DNA of 63,927 nucleotides, the filler included, from Globobulimina sp. (lineage: Eukaryota), in NCBI GenBank assembly GCA_003354225.1. It is 33 parts of 33 records of this genome, joined end to end, with 100 filler letters (N's around TTAATTAATTAA, not from the genome) between each part and the next. Parts side by side here need not be neighbours in the genome. Positions count along the whole stretch, not along the records: positions 48,514 to 50,353 come from PIVH01011362.1; positions 50,454 to 52,293 come from PIVH01011363.1; positions 52,394 to 54,232 come from PIVH01011364.1; positions 54,333 to 56,171 come from PIVH01011365.1; positions 56,272 to 58,110 come from PIVH01011366.1; positions 58,211 to 60,049 come from PIVH01011367.1; positions 60,150 to 61,988 come from PIVH01011368.1; positions 62,089 to 63,927 come from PIVH01011369.1; 25 more parts are not named here. One strand, 5' to 3'. Below, piece by piece: positions 48,516 to 62,090 of this stretch (positions within the stretch are counted from its first letter, which is position 1; every line of letters begins with the position of its first letter). A model generated the notes under the pieces. It made no database searches and was not told the DNA's origin. It was given only the letters and a program-made list of their open reading frames with translations. The position numbers were made by a program, and so were the translations under genes.

Positions 48516-50024
48516 ATGATTGCGATCAAAAAAAAGAATGAGATCGCATTGCGATATATTATCCAATACGATTATAACCCAAACATCCAAGATAAGAAAG
48601 GACGGACTGGCTTAATATTAGCACTTGAACGCGATTGTAACGGCATTATCTTAGATTTATTAGTCAGTAAACGCGATTTGAATCCACGCATTAAAGACTA
48701 TTCTGGCCGCAATGCATTGTCGATTGCACTCAAAAAGGGCTATAAAGATATTGCAAAGACGTTAATCTTATTAGGTTCTGAACCGCTTTTGGGCGAGAAA
48801 TCAGTCTTAAATCAATGGTTTATGGCCAGTAAATGTGGCAATATTGAAACCATTGAGATGATGTTAAATAATATGTCTTTCCCCATTGACATGATTGATA
48901 GCGATGATATGACTGCGTTAATGCATAGCAGTCAGACCGGACATATTAAATTAGTGAAATATTTATTACAAAGAGGGGCCAATGTTAATATACAAGGACA
49001 TAATGGATACACCGCGCTAATGTTTGCAATCGAGAATGGTAAAATTGGTGTGTTTATTGAGTTAATTTCTTTGCCGGATATATTAATTGGGCTCAATGGC
49101 GATGATGGTACAACTATTTTAATGTGTGCTGCCAAAGGGGCCATGCCTGAAGTTGTACCACTTGCAATCAATAATGATGTGGAGATAAATAGCATTGATT
49201 TTGATGGGAATACGGCGTTAATGATCGCCTCGCAATATGACAGTAGCAGTGTAGCTACAGAATTATTGCGCAATCATTGTGATTTGGATAAAAAAAACAA
49301 ACGCGATCAAAATGCATTGATTATCTGTTCCATTTGTGGCTCGTCGCAAATTGGTGCCATGTTGACCACGTTAGGCAGTACCATTGACGTACAAGATATT
49401 TATGGAAAGACTGCGTTAATGTATGCTGCCTCAAATGGGTTTGTTGGGATTGTGGTGAATTTAATAAAATATGGCGCCAATATCGATTTAATTGACAATA
49501 AAGGGATCAATGCGGCGGAGTATGCAAATAAAAATGGACAGTTAGAGATTGTGAAGATGATAAAACAAGGGACATTGCAGGATGTCACCGATATATTGCA
49601 GCAAATGGAAATATTAAAACAAAAAAATAAAGCTTTATCCAAAAATGTGCATCAATTAACTGAAATGAACAATGAATTATCGGATCGGATTAATGCAACG
49701 GAATTGGCCAAAAATCAGATTCAAAAAAAATTACATGATACTATGTCACGAATTAAATATAAAATGAATGCATCTAATAATGCCTCATCACCATCGCATT
49801 CTACATCAACACAACAACAACAATCTCATTCTGGACATGGTGCGCATTCATTTAACATCGGTGGTGTTAAGCTTAAGAATAAAATGATGGGCGTTAAGAA
49901 TAAAATTAATAATGCTATGTCTGTATCTTCGCCAAGCAATAAAAATAAAAACCAGAAAAATAGACATAAAAATAAACCGAAACATAATGCCCCACGACCA
50001 CCTTCAAAAGATATTAAATTGTAA
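48516..50024 (+). CDS. Ankyrin repeat + coiled-coil protein (5' partial)
   Basis: About ten repeats such as GYTALMFA, GNTALMIA, GKTALMYAA. Confidence 0.95.
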   Translation: MIAIKKKNEIALRYIIQYDYNPNIQDKKGRTGLILALERDCNGIILDLLVSKRDLNPRIKDYSGRNALSIALKKGYKDIAKTLILLGSEPLLGEKSVLNQWFMASKCGNIETIEMMLNNMSFPIDMIDSDDMTALMHSSQTGHIKLVKYLLQRGANVNIQGHNGYTALMFAIENGKIGVFIELISLPDILIGLNGDDGTTILMCAAKGAMPEVVPLAINNDVEINSIDFDGNTALMIASQYDSSSVATELLRNHCDLDKKNKRDQNALIICSICGSSQIGAMLTTLGSTIDVQDIYGKTALMYAASNGFVGIVVNLIKYGANIDLIDNKGINAAEYANKNGQLEIVKMIKQGTLQDVTDILQQMEILKQKNKALSKNVHQLTEMNNELSDRINATELAKNQIQKKLHDTMSRIKYKMNASNNASSPSHSTSTQQQQSHSGHGAHSFNIGGVKLKNKMMGVKNKINNAMSVSSPSNKNKNQKNRHKNKPKHNAPRPPSKDIKL

Positions 50025-50453
50025 CAAATGAAATAATAAATTGTAATATAGCATATATTCTTTTTTTTTCTTTGTTTGAGTATGTTTTTGATTTAAATTT
50101 TTTCAATTTTTTTTTGGTTCCAGTATCCGTTTATTTTTTTTTATATTCCCCGATTGTTCATATCGTTACATATTTTTGTCCTTTTCCTAGTTTCCAAGTC
50201 GCAGTTTATTGTATTTATTAAAGATTAAAATCTTATATAAAGCAGATGGAACGACGTAATCTCTGTTCATCCAAACATCAACAAAAAAACAGTCTTATAG
50301 GAAAGCCCTTATATTGCTACATTTTGAACGGAAAGCGCTATGAGACGCACTTTNNNNNNNNNNNNNNNNNNNNNNNNNNNNNNNNNNNNNNNNNNNNTTA
50401 ATTAATTAANNNNNNNNNNNNNNNNNNNNNNNNNNNNNNNNNNNNNNNNNNNN

Positions 50454-52293
50454 GATGAATGTATTGAATATGAACTGATTGGAATACAATATCAGCCCCA
50501 GACAACACAGTAAATAAACTATTAAAATTATCCGATTGCAGTGCGACCATACAGCCGCTAAACACGATGAAGGCGCAGGATAAAATTAACATAATTCCTG
50601 TTTTATTATTTCTGCTTTTATGCGAATGTATATTTTTATACACTAAATATTTAATTTTCTTTTGTGGTCCCCAACTCATTAACAATTTACATATGAATAA
50701 GTCCAATTTGTTTTGAATTGTTAATGCTATAATACATAAACCACATAACAAGCCCAGAAATATTAAATCGAAAATCGTAAAAAATAATGGAAAATTTTCG
50801 GTAACAACGCAATATGGAATCACATATAAACAAACAAAGCTAACTAATACTAATAATAAGGAGATAACCAATGTGGTGAAATTGATGCCGTATTCATTAT
50901 GGTTTATTATCTCAACAAACACAGCATCCACGGAATTGAAATATAAATTCAACGAATTGTTTAACGTAGTTGCTAATGCTTTGCGCAATGGAACAATGCC
51001 AGAGATTATGGGTATTAATAATCCAAAAACTAACGAAGCGTATAATATTGAACGAAGAGATAACATATATTCAGCCTCAACCGTAACATAATCAGCAATG
51101 ATATTTGATAATGGAATGCTTATCAATGTGGATACGAACAAACCGATTATAATTCCTGGTATACAAAATAACAATGATTTCATGTTTAGAATATAAATGA
51201 GAGATTTTTTCATCATTCCAATACTGCGTAACACGCCACATTCGAATGTCTTATTTTCTACATCAATAATCATCAAACAATATATTATGATACAGGATAA
51301 AATGCCAATTATCACAGTCATTGAGGTTGTAATTGAATTTAATAAAATCTTCAAAAAACTCAAAGCTTGCATTACTTTTAATAATGGCGCATTTACTGTG
51401 GATGACAAATCATTTGTTGTCAGCATTAATTTACTGCCAAAATTAGATATTTCAGTTCGTATTTGATTATAGCTTTTCTGATAAATATTTAATCTGTTTT
51501 TAGCATTTACAATTGTAATCTGTGCGAAATTATTAATTTTAAACTTTGATAACAATCCACTAATTTTATTATGTTGATCTGGATTGGCTTCATGTTCACT
51601 ATCGACAGCAATAGAAGCTTCAATGAATAATGATACTATATTTGCAATATCATATTCTTCGTCATTTGAGTCAAAAGCTGTATAATTTTGGATTATATAA
51701 TTTATTATTTCTAAATACATTGATATTTTATCTAAATTACCGCCTAAACTGTTTTGTATATAATTTTCTACGAATTTAGATTCAATCAACATAACACCAC
51801 CGAGTTCTTGACTCCATTTCCCATCTGGCTCATTTATGATATCTTTTACAACAAAGTCTAAATTGAAATTAAAATTACTTAATGTGGCAATCAGTAAAAT
51901 CGATCTTATTTCATCAATGCTCAATGTTTTACCTCGAATGGTTTCTAATGCATTTAACATATTCTCTTTCTCGTTATTCTCATCGATTTGTAATACAAAC
52001 CATGGTATTTGCTCGAGTGTAGCCATTGTTATATTTGTAATTGTGTCATTTACATAGACTTTTTGATCCCATTCATACGGAAAATTACATTCCAATTCAA
52101 CAATAAATTTGAATTGAACCTCTTTGTTATCGTCGTACAATGGACATTGTTCAAATTGTGTATAATTTACATACTTTGACAAATCATCAATAACACATTC
52201 ATACTTTCCGATACATTCATCGTATCCATCTTGTGTCATATTTTGATAACAATATCTGTCATTTAATACAACTATATCCTCTCCGTTAAAATT
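50454..52293 (-). CDS. FtsX/MacB-like permease domain protein (large protist type); partial
   Basis: DVENKTFECGVLRSIGM FtsX motif, flanking TMs, KNIHSHKSRNNKT. Confidence 0.85.
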
Positions 52294-52432
52294 NNNNNNN
52301 NNNNNNNNNNNNNNNNNNNNNNNNNNNNNNNNNNNNNTTAATTAATTAANNNNNNNNNNNNNNNNNNNNNNNNNNNNNNNNNNNNNNNNNNNNAAAAAAA
52401 AAAAAAAAACTTTATGTCGAGATTCGTGTTTT

Positions 52433-53390
52433 TTAACAAATTTGTCCCGCAAAGTTGGCAAACACCATGCACAGTTGTGGAAATGCTGAAGTTGTATAGT
52501 TTTCAGTTTTATTTTGTTTGAGTAAAGCTGGAAGATATTCTAAACTGTCACTGTGAATCGAATTCTTTGATTTGGAAATAGTAGTAGTGGTACAAAATTC
52601 AATCAGGAATTGTATGGAATCAATACTGGGGATGATGAGGTTGCTGTTGTTGGGGTGAGATCGTCGTACATATGCGAGTCTATCTGCAATTTGGTTATAG
52701 ACTTGTTGTGGTATGGAGTGCGATTTTATTTTCCAAAGGATTATGCGGAGATCGATGATGTGTTTTTGTGTTTCTTTAAATAGGCTGCATAGGTGAGTTT
52801 GTTGACGTTGCGAGGGCTGACTATTAGAGGTAAAGTTGGTCATTGAATCAGTGAATATGATTATGCGTCTGTTGTCACAATTGATTTTGAGGCGTTGCAG
52901 CAAAAGCTTTGTTTTGCCAATTGCCAGTAATTCACCATGATGGTTAGCAAAGCAGTGCATTTTATTTTGATCTCTGATCGCAATGCCGATGCCAGTTCGA
53001 TTATTCTCGCTGGAGGAATCGGTGGATATTAGGATGTCAGATAAACGTATTTTATATCGATAGTTTACCAATCTTGGATGGTGTCATTGCGAATGTGGTG
53101 GATTATGAAGTGATTATGGATTGGACTGTGTTTATTTAGGCAATGTTTTATGGATAAATGGTTTGAATGGATGCGATAAACATAATCTATATAGCGGTGT
53201 GTTTGGCAGATTATTTGTTTGCAGAAAGTGTTTCTTGAATGCGAGATATCTATGGTTTGGTGGATGTAGATGAAGAGAATGTTTCTTTGGTCATAACAGT
53301 TAGCTCCACATATTAGGCGCCAAAGACCATCGGAGTTATTTCGGACATCGGAGCAGAACTCAATGACGCGTTGCATGAATATTTGGTTAT
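52433..53390 (-). mobile_element. Degenerate retroelement fragment with RNase H domain (non-LTR-like)
   Basis: ISTDSS..TGIGI, GELLAI, IIIFTDS, WKIKSHS..NQIADRLA; frameshift near 53068. Confidence 0.75.
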
Positions 53391-54232
53391 GGCAGCGATT
53401 GATTTTGGAGCCAATTTTAGCTATATAGCACCACGCGGGCGTTGTTCCAATAGAAGTAACGCAATTTGCTCAGGGCAGGGCAGGTTGCACAAAGGTGGTA
53501 TTCTATTGGATTATTTGTCTGATGGTGACAGAGATTGCAATGACAAAGATTATTTGCAGTCGAAATATATGTATTTAATCTAAATGCCTCAGAATCGCCA
53601 ACAACTTCACCCACTGTAATACCTACACAATCGCCGTCTACTCCATTCAGCACAACACCTCTTATATTTAAATGTTTATATAATTTGCAGAATTTTGACG
53701 CATGGAAAACGATAAGGTTCCAATTGTTTGCAGCTTATCTAACTAACGCTACGTTACACACATTTTATCAGTTATTTACTTCCAATGATGGTTATTTAAG
53801 CAATTTTGAAATTTGTGCTGTGTTTAATGACCAAACTGTCAATGGAGTGTCTGATGAATGTCCGGATTACGATGATAATAGTAATCAAGAAGCGCAATTT
53901 TCAGCGGTCGCCCTATTTGATATTAAATATAATGGTTTATTGCACTCATTTAAATCTTTGGTAAAGAGCATATTCGAAAGTAGTGAATTTAAGGACGAGT
54001 TGACAAATAACATGAATACGAGCTTCCATGGTCGCAAAAGCGGATAAATGCAGGAATGTAATCAGATTATTACATGAGCAGTTGAGTACAATTTTAGGTT
54101 TAAACAAAGGTTTACTTGAAATTGTGCAGCCACATAACATACCAAATGGATTAAAATTGCATTTAAATATTCATATTGTGAATCAGGACGATATTGACAA
54201 AGGAGATGCGATTCGCGAGCAATATGAACATT
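53390..54232 (+). pseudogene. Disrupted surface-protein-like gene fragment with Thr/Pro/Ser stalk
   Basis: SESPTTSPTVIPTQSPST segment and frameshifted downstream ORF pieces. Confidence 0.35.
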
Positions 54233-54332
54233 NNNNNNNNNNNNNNNNNNNNNNNNNNNNNNNNNNNNNNNNNNNNTTAATTAATTAANNNNNNNNNNNN
54301 NNNNNNNNNNNNNNNNNNNNNNNNNNNNNNNN

Positions 54333-56171
54333 TTGGCGACTCAATCAAGCCGGTGGTCCATACCCTGGTTCGTAAAACATCCTCTTTGCTCGGTACATAA
54401 TCCGAGGAAAAGATGACAAATATTTTTGAGAAAAAATACTGCAAATTTGCCATAATTACATGTGTATCTCGATCCAAATCACCATTCCTTTCAACAGTTT
54501 GTTGGATAGCATTTAAATTCCAAATTAAATGCAATGACTCTGCTAAGCTCTTCATCTCATTCCAGTTTAATGGATCGGACTCTTCGTCATAGAAACCCTC
54601 ACTCGAATAACTTACAATTACTTGAATTGCCTGTTTTGTGCTTTCGTCATTTAAATCCACCAAACATTCTTTATGTTGTTCACTAATATTACAGGTAAAG
54701 CGCAATAAATCAATAATGGAATACACCAAATTTTGACAAATGACATGTTTGGATTCTAAACGTTCAGTTTCAGTCATCTCTTTGCTATAAATTGTTGTTA
54801 TCATTTTAAATAAAGTTGATTTTCCTGCAGACGCAGTGCCTAATAATATACATTTAGGCGCCGATGGTATCGATGTCAGCTCTGTTGAATGATTTGTAAT
54901 TGGTCCAATTCCATATTCAAATAATAAAAATTGACAAACATGTTCTTGATGTGCTAAGGAGGCCAACTTGTAACCATTGAAACCATTCAAATCTACTGAA
55001 TTTACGATAGTTTCATCGCGTGATACCATTGTTGTAATGCACTGAAAATCGCCAATAAAACAGGCACATAAAAATATATTGCGTCCAGTTGCGAAACTTT
55101 TTAAGTATGGAAACTTCAGATATATAATATGTAAATATGAGATCCATTCATTTTCTTTTCTAGTTAAAAAATCTAAATTGTCATAATGTTGTGTTCGCGA
55201 ATGGTTATCCAAACAGAATGGCTTTGATGTTATGGTCCGATCACAACGAAATAAATAATCCAATACATTTTTATTTTGTGTGTCGCAGACTCGCCATAAA
55301 TGCCAATGACTTCTTTTGAGTATTTCATTGCAAATGATTGGGGATCGAACATGAACGGATAACATTAATATGGTTTTACTTTGTTTAACATCATAATAAC
55401 TATAATTATTTCTGTACCATTCCCTTTCCAATATAATATTCTCTCGGATTTGTGTATCATTCCAGTCCAAATCATCAAACTCAAAATTGTTATCTTCTAT
55501 GGACAGCATCTGAGCAGTTGTAGTAAGAAATAGAATTTGGGTCGGAAAAATACAAAGAATGGGAAGCAAGACACACATCTGACTATCCAGCAAGCAATGA
55601 ATGATCCAAATAATATTTTATTATTAAATATGAACGAATGTCGGTAATTGAAGGATGGACAGAGGGTACAATTAACATCAACTTTGATCCATATTGTAAT
55701 GAGAATTAAATATACCATTTGGCTCAACCCTTGGTATATTAATAAAGGAGTATGGATATCATTCAATATTAAACTAAATAAACAATATAAGTAACGTTTG
55801 GTGGTTATTCCCATTGTTATAGCGGCACAGAATAACAATGACATGATTATGATAAATGAGAGTTTGCCTAAAATAAAATAACAAAATGTATACAGTAACA
55901 TAGTGGAAAATATATCGATTAATTTCCAAATAATAAAAGCAATCTCAACCAATATTATGTGGATGTCGTGGTATTTTATATGTTCATATAAACATAATAT
56001 CGAGGTTGCAATATGAAACATCGAACAAAGCAAAGAGAATATAACCAATTCTTTCTGTGTTGGCGCATTATATATAAATAAATGCATAAATTGGATATAG
56101 CACATTGGAATGGCGACAAATGCGGAGTATATTACTGTGATTAGTTTTGTTGCATGGAATAATTTGTCAAA
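54333..56171 (-). CDS. Multi-TM + ankyrin-like + heterotrimeric G-alpha domain fusion; frameshift ~55585; partial
   Basis: KCILLGTASAGKSTLFK P-loop; DYVPSKEDVLRTRVWTTGLIE switch I; GRNIFLCAC/GFNGYKLA ankyrin-like; upstream hydrophobic helices. Confidence 0.8.
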
Positions 56172-56563
56172 NNNNNNNNNNNNNNNNNNNNNNNNNNNNN
56201 NNNNNNNNNNNNNNNTTAATTAATTAANNNNNNNNNNNNNNNNNNNNNNNNNNNNNNNNNNNNNNNNNNNNGCCGCCTCCCCATTAATAACTGTATTAAA
56301 TAATGATATTATTAATAATAACATTAATGATAGTTATTATTGACATTATTATCAATGATAATGTTATTTAATGCCATTAATAATAGTTATTATTGACTTT
56401 ATTATTTGTTTGGTTCCATCCACGTATAATTCAGCCGATATTAATGTAATTGTTGCCGTTCGAATTGGTTCATTGCCTTATGATTAATTATTTGTATCTC
56501 TTTGTACATGTTATCATTTGTATACATTTAAACTGTTATTATTTATTATTTAATATTTACACA

Positions 56564-57583
56564 GAAATAGAAGCAAAGAATGCCGCCATCATTTCTTCAG
56601 CAAATCCAAACACTGAGCAACCACCGCTATCGATAATACACTCAAAAAAACAGAATGCTGCAAATAAGAATAAATTAATCACACAAATGCTATCAATAAG
56701 ACACCCAAAGCCGAAGAAAGCAGAGAAACGCAACGCTAACAATCAGAACATAAACGAAGAAATCGCACAAGAACGAAAAAGAGAAGTATGGGTAAATTGT
56801 TGTCAAGGGATATCATCAGTTATTGACGCATTCTTATTCCACATATTTGATAAAACGGATGGATTGTTTTCAAAACATTTTTACTCAAAAACATTAGCCT
56901 CTCATATGTTGGCTGTATTCGATTTTGATGAATGGAATAAAATTAAAATCATTGAGAAGACAATAAATTCAAAAGATAAGACAATCAAATTAATTAAACA
57001 GAAGCTCATTGGCAAATTGATTAAAGATTATTACATTAAAAAATTGTATAATTTCATACAATCATCGGATTTGAGAGCATTGAAAGAATTGGAAAATATA
57101 TCGTTGGTGTCATTTAAGAATGAATTAATATTATTCGCACATAGTTATTTTAAGATTTGGGTGGCAAATAAGAATCTATCCAATGAAGAGATGGTACATA
57201 AAGTATTGTTTACAACCAATCATACGGATTACAGACATATTAAGATATTACTTGACGTTGCATGGCATCACCAGGAATATGAGGGCTATGCTGAAACAAT
57301 TGCAAAAGCCGTTGGAAACGTATTTGGTCCGTGCCAACAGCGGATGACATTTGAAAAAATGAAAATGAAGACAGAGATACAGAAATGGCTGCCGGATGTA
57401 AAGTATTATGAAAATTTCAAACAAGATGTGGTAAATCAAAGTAAAGTCGATGGTAAAAGAGGAATCAAGACAGACACAAGATCTATTATCGGATCTGTTG
57501 CGTTTAGAAACATGGATCAACATCAAACAATGAATAGATTGCCGTATGGAAATAAGTATGACAAAGCGACAAATTCGAAATAA
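56564..57583 (+). mobile_element. Possible hAT-like transposase C-terminal exon
   Basis: YRHIKILLDVAW...EGYAETIAKAVGNVFGPCQQRMTFEKM resembles the hAT dimerisation motif; flanked by repeats. Confidence 0.4.
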
Positions 57584-57626
57584 TTATTTTATTTAGTTTT
57601 GTGTTTATGAGTTTGTTATTTTATTT

Positions 57627-58068
57627 AATGTGTTTTATTGTGTTTTTTTCTTTTTGTAATTGATTATTTATAACACTGAGACTGTATACAACCACTCAGC
57701 ATTTGCTCGCATTTGATTGTGACATAACGACATTGATCGCCATTGAATGACTGTTTATAACACTGCGATTTTAGCATTGCGTTTGTCAGTTTCAAACTGA
57801 AATAAGATATATGATATTGCGTGGATTAATTGTGGGGAGGCGGCTTCGCCGCCTCCCCCCCACAATTATTTCACTCACTGATGATATCTTATTTCAGTTA
57901 GGAACTGACAAACGCAATGCTAAAAATCGCAGTGTTATAAACAGTCATTCAATGACGATCAATGTCGTTATGCCACAATCAAATGCGAGCAAATGCTGAG
58001 TGGTTGTATACAGTTTCAGTGTTATAAATAATCAATTACAAAAAGAAAAAAACACAATAAAACACATT
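57627..58068. repeat. ~185-bp inverted repeat (57627-57810 / 57884-58068) around a GC hairpin
   Basis: Arms reverse-complementary with about six differences; central TAATTGTGGGGAGGCGGC-TTC-GCCGCCTCCCCCCCACAATTA. Confidence 0.95.
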
Positions 58069-58364
58069 TAAAACAGTCAGTGAGTCAGTCACATTTAAAA
58101 CCATCTCACTNNNNNNNNNNNNNNNNNNNNNNNNNNNNNNNNNNNNNNNNNNNNTTAATTAATTAANNNNNNNNNNNNNNNNNNNNNNNNNNNNNNNNNN
58201 NNNNNNNNNNGTGTCTTGTATTGGTATTAGACGTATTATTGTTTTCAGGAAATTATCAATAAAGCAAATCAAGCAATTTTCCTGTTTCAAGTTAATGTCA
58301 ACTGAAACGTTTTCGTGAAAATATACTACCTGAAGTTTGCGCTAAACCTGACAATCCTGACATC

Positions 58365-59794
58365 ATGGGAGGTCTAATTACTTTATGTATGCCAGACGGT
58401 GGACCATGTGGAGGAAATATAGACTCTCGCAATCGAGCCACAAGGCGACAAACGAGCCCTATCGAAGAAGAAAGACTACTTAAAAATGATGAGTCGACGT
58501 CGGATTCGAGTAATACAACAAACAGTGATTCAAAATCAGTCCAAGCCATCCAACACAAGCGTCCATCACTCGATAGCTCAATTTTCACTGTACCAACAAA
58601 AAAAATCCCTATATCCTCAATCATAGCCAAACATATTCTTAGAAACGACCACTTTGTCTCTATTCGCAAACAAATGGAAGCAAACGCATTGAGATTATAT
58701 GAAATCAATAGGATTGTATTCCAAAACGATTGTTGGTTGATCCAAGGCTCTGATTCCATCGCACTAGACGACCATAGGAATTTATTTGATATCATTATCT
58801 GGCGAGTGCCCATAATCCCGGCTTTTGCGCATTTTTATAGCGCAAAACAACTATATGCCAAATTATTTGATAAAAAGCAAAAACCTCCTCTCAATACGTT
58901 ATGTTTTTCTCTTTTTACGTCTGCGATTGTCCATTTTCGAATATATAAAATAAGTGAAGGTATCTGGTCGGTATTACCAAAGGAAAAATTTATAGAAATG
59001 TTTGATGCAAAATTATTGGAACAGATTGATATTATAAATGACCCAAAACATAGTTATTTAGCAGACGCACATAGTTTTGCGCCAAACTCTGAGGAATATA
59101 AGGATTTGATTGAGAAATTAGCGCGGATTGAAGTGATGAAGAAAGCGAATGAAATTATAATCATTGGACAGAAAATATGTGTGATTGATTTGTTGCGTGT
59201 CATTCGAAAAGAAGAGGTCAAACATGCATCCATGGCGGGAATGTTCAAAACGAAGAGCAGTTCGTTTGAGTGGGAGATAAAATGTGACGACGCCAATGCG
59301 CCTGATCCAAAGTTAATTTTATGCGTTGTTGTGATTTTATCCTCGCACATACAGTGTGTATATATGTACGTGTATTATGTAGATTTATTCGCAGTTATTA
59401 TTGCGTGGTTGGCAACATTGGGTTGCAATGTACGGAGGAAGATTTACACGAATTGTTAGCTGCATATCCGAGGTGGTTATATGCAAAAATAATTATGAAT
59501 GATGATGACGAAGAGAGTGGCAATGATGATGGGAGTGATGATCAGAAAGATGTACAGGTTGATGGTCATGTAATTGTCCCCCGATTTGATGCAACCTTGT
59601 CATTGAAATTAAAAATACCGTTAAGGGCCAAAATAGAATTTGATACTAATGAAGCGTTGCAGACATTTATTGATGATGTTGAAGGATCTGTTGGATTGTA
59701 TTTGGATGGGACTAAATTATTCGTTGAACAGAAAGACAAAGAACTCAAACAGAGAAAAACACGACGGCTGTACCCTGGACATATGATTGTTTGA
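58365..59794 (+). CDS. Hypothetical protein with MG..C N-terminus and C-terminal RRM-like domain; intron ending ~59382
   Basis: MGGLITLC acylation-like start; CVVGNIGLQCTEEDLHELL...AKIEFDTNEAL RNP-like motifs. Confidence 0.5.
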
Positions 59795-62090
59795 CATTTG
59801 TGAATTTGGATTTTTGTGTTTGTTTATTCTTTATATGTTTATTGTAACGATGGTGATTTCTTTCATGTATAATGATTGTAATCTTGCTGTGATTTCATGT
59901 ATTTTTTCGATGAATTAATCTAACTTCGTTGTTGAGTTAAGATTGAATTGACTTTTTAGGCTTAAACTTCTAAACACTTCTTTTGTGATTGGCAAGGTTT
60001 TTGGGTTAGCTAGAGTGGTTTTCAACTTTGAATACTAGGATTCGAAACCNNNNNNNNNNNNNNNNNNNNNNNNNNNNNNNNNNNNNNNNNNNNTTAATTA
60101 ATTAANNNNNNNNNNNNNNNNNNNNNNNNNNNNNNNNNNNNNNNNNNNNACTTGATAAAGAGACACGTACTTGAGAACTTTCAATGTTAAAATATAGAGC
60201 CTGTTCAGCTCCAATCGGTCTATTTACTGTAACCGAATGCCATTTGTTCCTATATTTTGATAATGTTGTAACTAATTTAGCACATTTTCCATCATCAGCA
60301 TTACATCAGCACTTTTACCATCTTCTACAAATCGAAACAGTGGGTTGTTTGACATGTTTGGAAACAAGCCGGTTATCAGCCTATCTGAAATGAAAAAATT
60401 AGTATTATAAAACAGATTATTTAACTTTCCATCTTTAACTCTTGTCAATACGGCCATATTTGAGACTTAACATATAAATACCGGTTTATTATTATATTCG
60501 GCGCTGTGATTTCTACTTCGCTGTGTGTAATAGAGTAGTTGGATTGAAACGTTATTGACCGAAATTGGCCATGTACAGTTAAGGACGTTTGAATTAATAA
60601 AATTTGGAAATAAGGCAACCTTCATTATCGATACAAATCGATATCGACACCTATATCGTCTTTATGTAGGAATCGGGGTAAAATATAATAGCAGAATTTA
60701 GAAATTATAGTTCTAAAATATAAACGAATCGCTGAGGAATTGCAAACATTGTGTGAAAATGAGGTCTTTAATCTTACTATCGTGCAACATTATTCAGCAT
60801 TTCATAGCTGATCGGTGCGCTTAGTGCTACAAGTAGCGCGTTAATAATGTTGTTGTTATATATAATACCTTTAAATGTTCTGTTCAATAATATTCTTTGA
60901 ATTCGTTAATGGCGCCAATAGTTGGCTATTCTTTGAAAATTACAATTTTTGACTGAAACAGTGGATATGCAAACAATGTTTGGTCTAGTTCAATTAGTTT
61001 AGTAAGCCTAATCGTTTGAAAATAGGAGAAGGGCGTAATCGTTATACCTTTTTTGACGGGTTAAAACCAGCCGTATCCAGCTAAGAATGGGTGTGATGAA
61101 ACATATACCAAACTGGCCACCGATAACCAGTAATGTTGCATTATAATTATTTAACTAGACATCTTGCATTATTGCCTATTCAGGCGAGTGTACTCTACGA
61201 GTGAATAAGCATAATTTTTACTTTATTATCTTGGGGGTGCGGTTCGTGCTACATATCTACTTATACATTTGGTGATTGAGTGTTTGTTTGTTTGCGGATT
61301 TGTCTTCATAATGTTTGAGAAAACTGTCGGACGGCTCGGATTGGTTGATGGCTCGTTGGATAGCTGATCGAACTTTCCCACTTTCCCTATGTTACAGTAT
61401 AGGGGTAGAGTCTGCGGTCTCGAAGCTCTCAGAGGTATTAAAAAAAGGGCTCCGAAATTCAATTTCACTCCATAAGGTGGTCAATTTTACTCAAACTTTT
61501 TTTCACAAAAATTGGTATAACTCTCCGAAGAATCCTCCGGTAAACAGCTTTTTATCACAATACATCCATATTCGAGACTTCGTTACTAGTATATACGGTT
61601 TAATATAATCGGTCAGCATGATTCGTGTTCCATATTTGGGTAATACTGTTTGATCGTATACATTTGACTTAATAAATGAAAACATAAAACTGTTTGCAGT
61701 GGGCTGGGGTTAAAAATCGAGGTTAAATGCTGATCAGTAAACACATATTCCCTAAATATAATCTACTTATCACCTAATTAACATATTACCCTTTGGTTTT
61801 ACCCTCACCATAATGTCGTCGCAGACCGTGTACAAATTATAGGCCTAATTTCACCCTCGCAATTCTGACGTCGCAGATCGTGTGCTTAGCATTGACGGTG
61901 CGTGTGTTCCCCCGACAATTTGAAATCACGGACAAATAACGAGGCAAAAACACCTTACTTCTTCGCTTCTGTACACATTACTAGAACTNNNNNNNNNNNN
62001 NNNNNNNNNNNNNNNNNNNNNNNNNNNNNNNNTTAATTAATTAANNNNNNNNNNNNNNNNNNNNNNNNNNNNNNNNNNNNNNNNNNNNCG

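Noticed and set aside
52394-52409. Poly(A) tail of the RNase H retroelement
   Set aside because: The A-run is on the plus strand while the element is on the minus strand, so the orientation is wrong
60150-61988. rRNA or group I/II intron
   Set aside because: I could not find any universal SSU/LSU motif or intron domain V / P7 signature on either strand
1842-62088. Regularly spaced TTAATTAATTAA palindromes in N runs, and ORFs ending in X...LIN
   Set aside because: Artificial concatenation linker; not a biological repeat, and no synteny can be inferred across it
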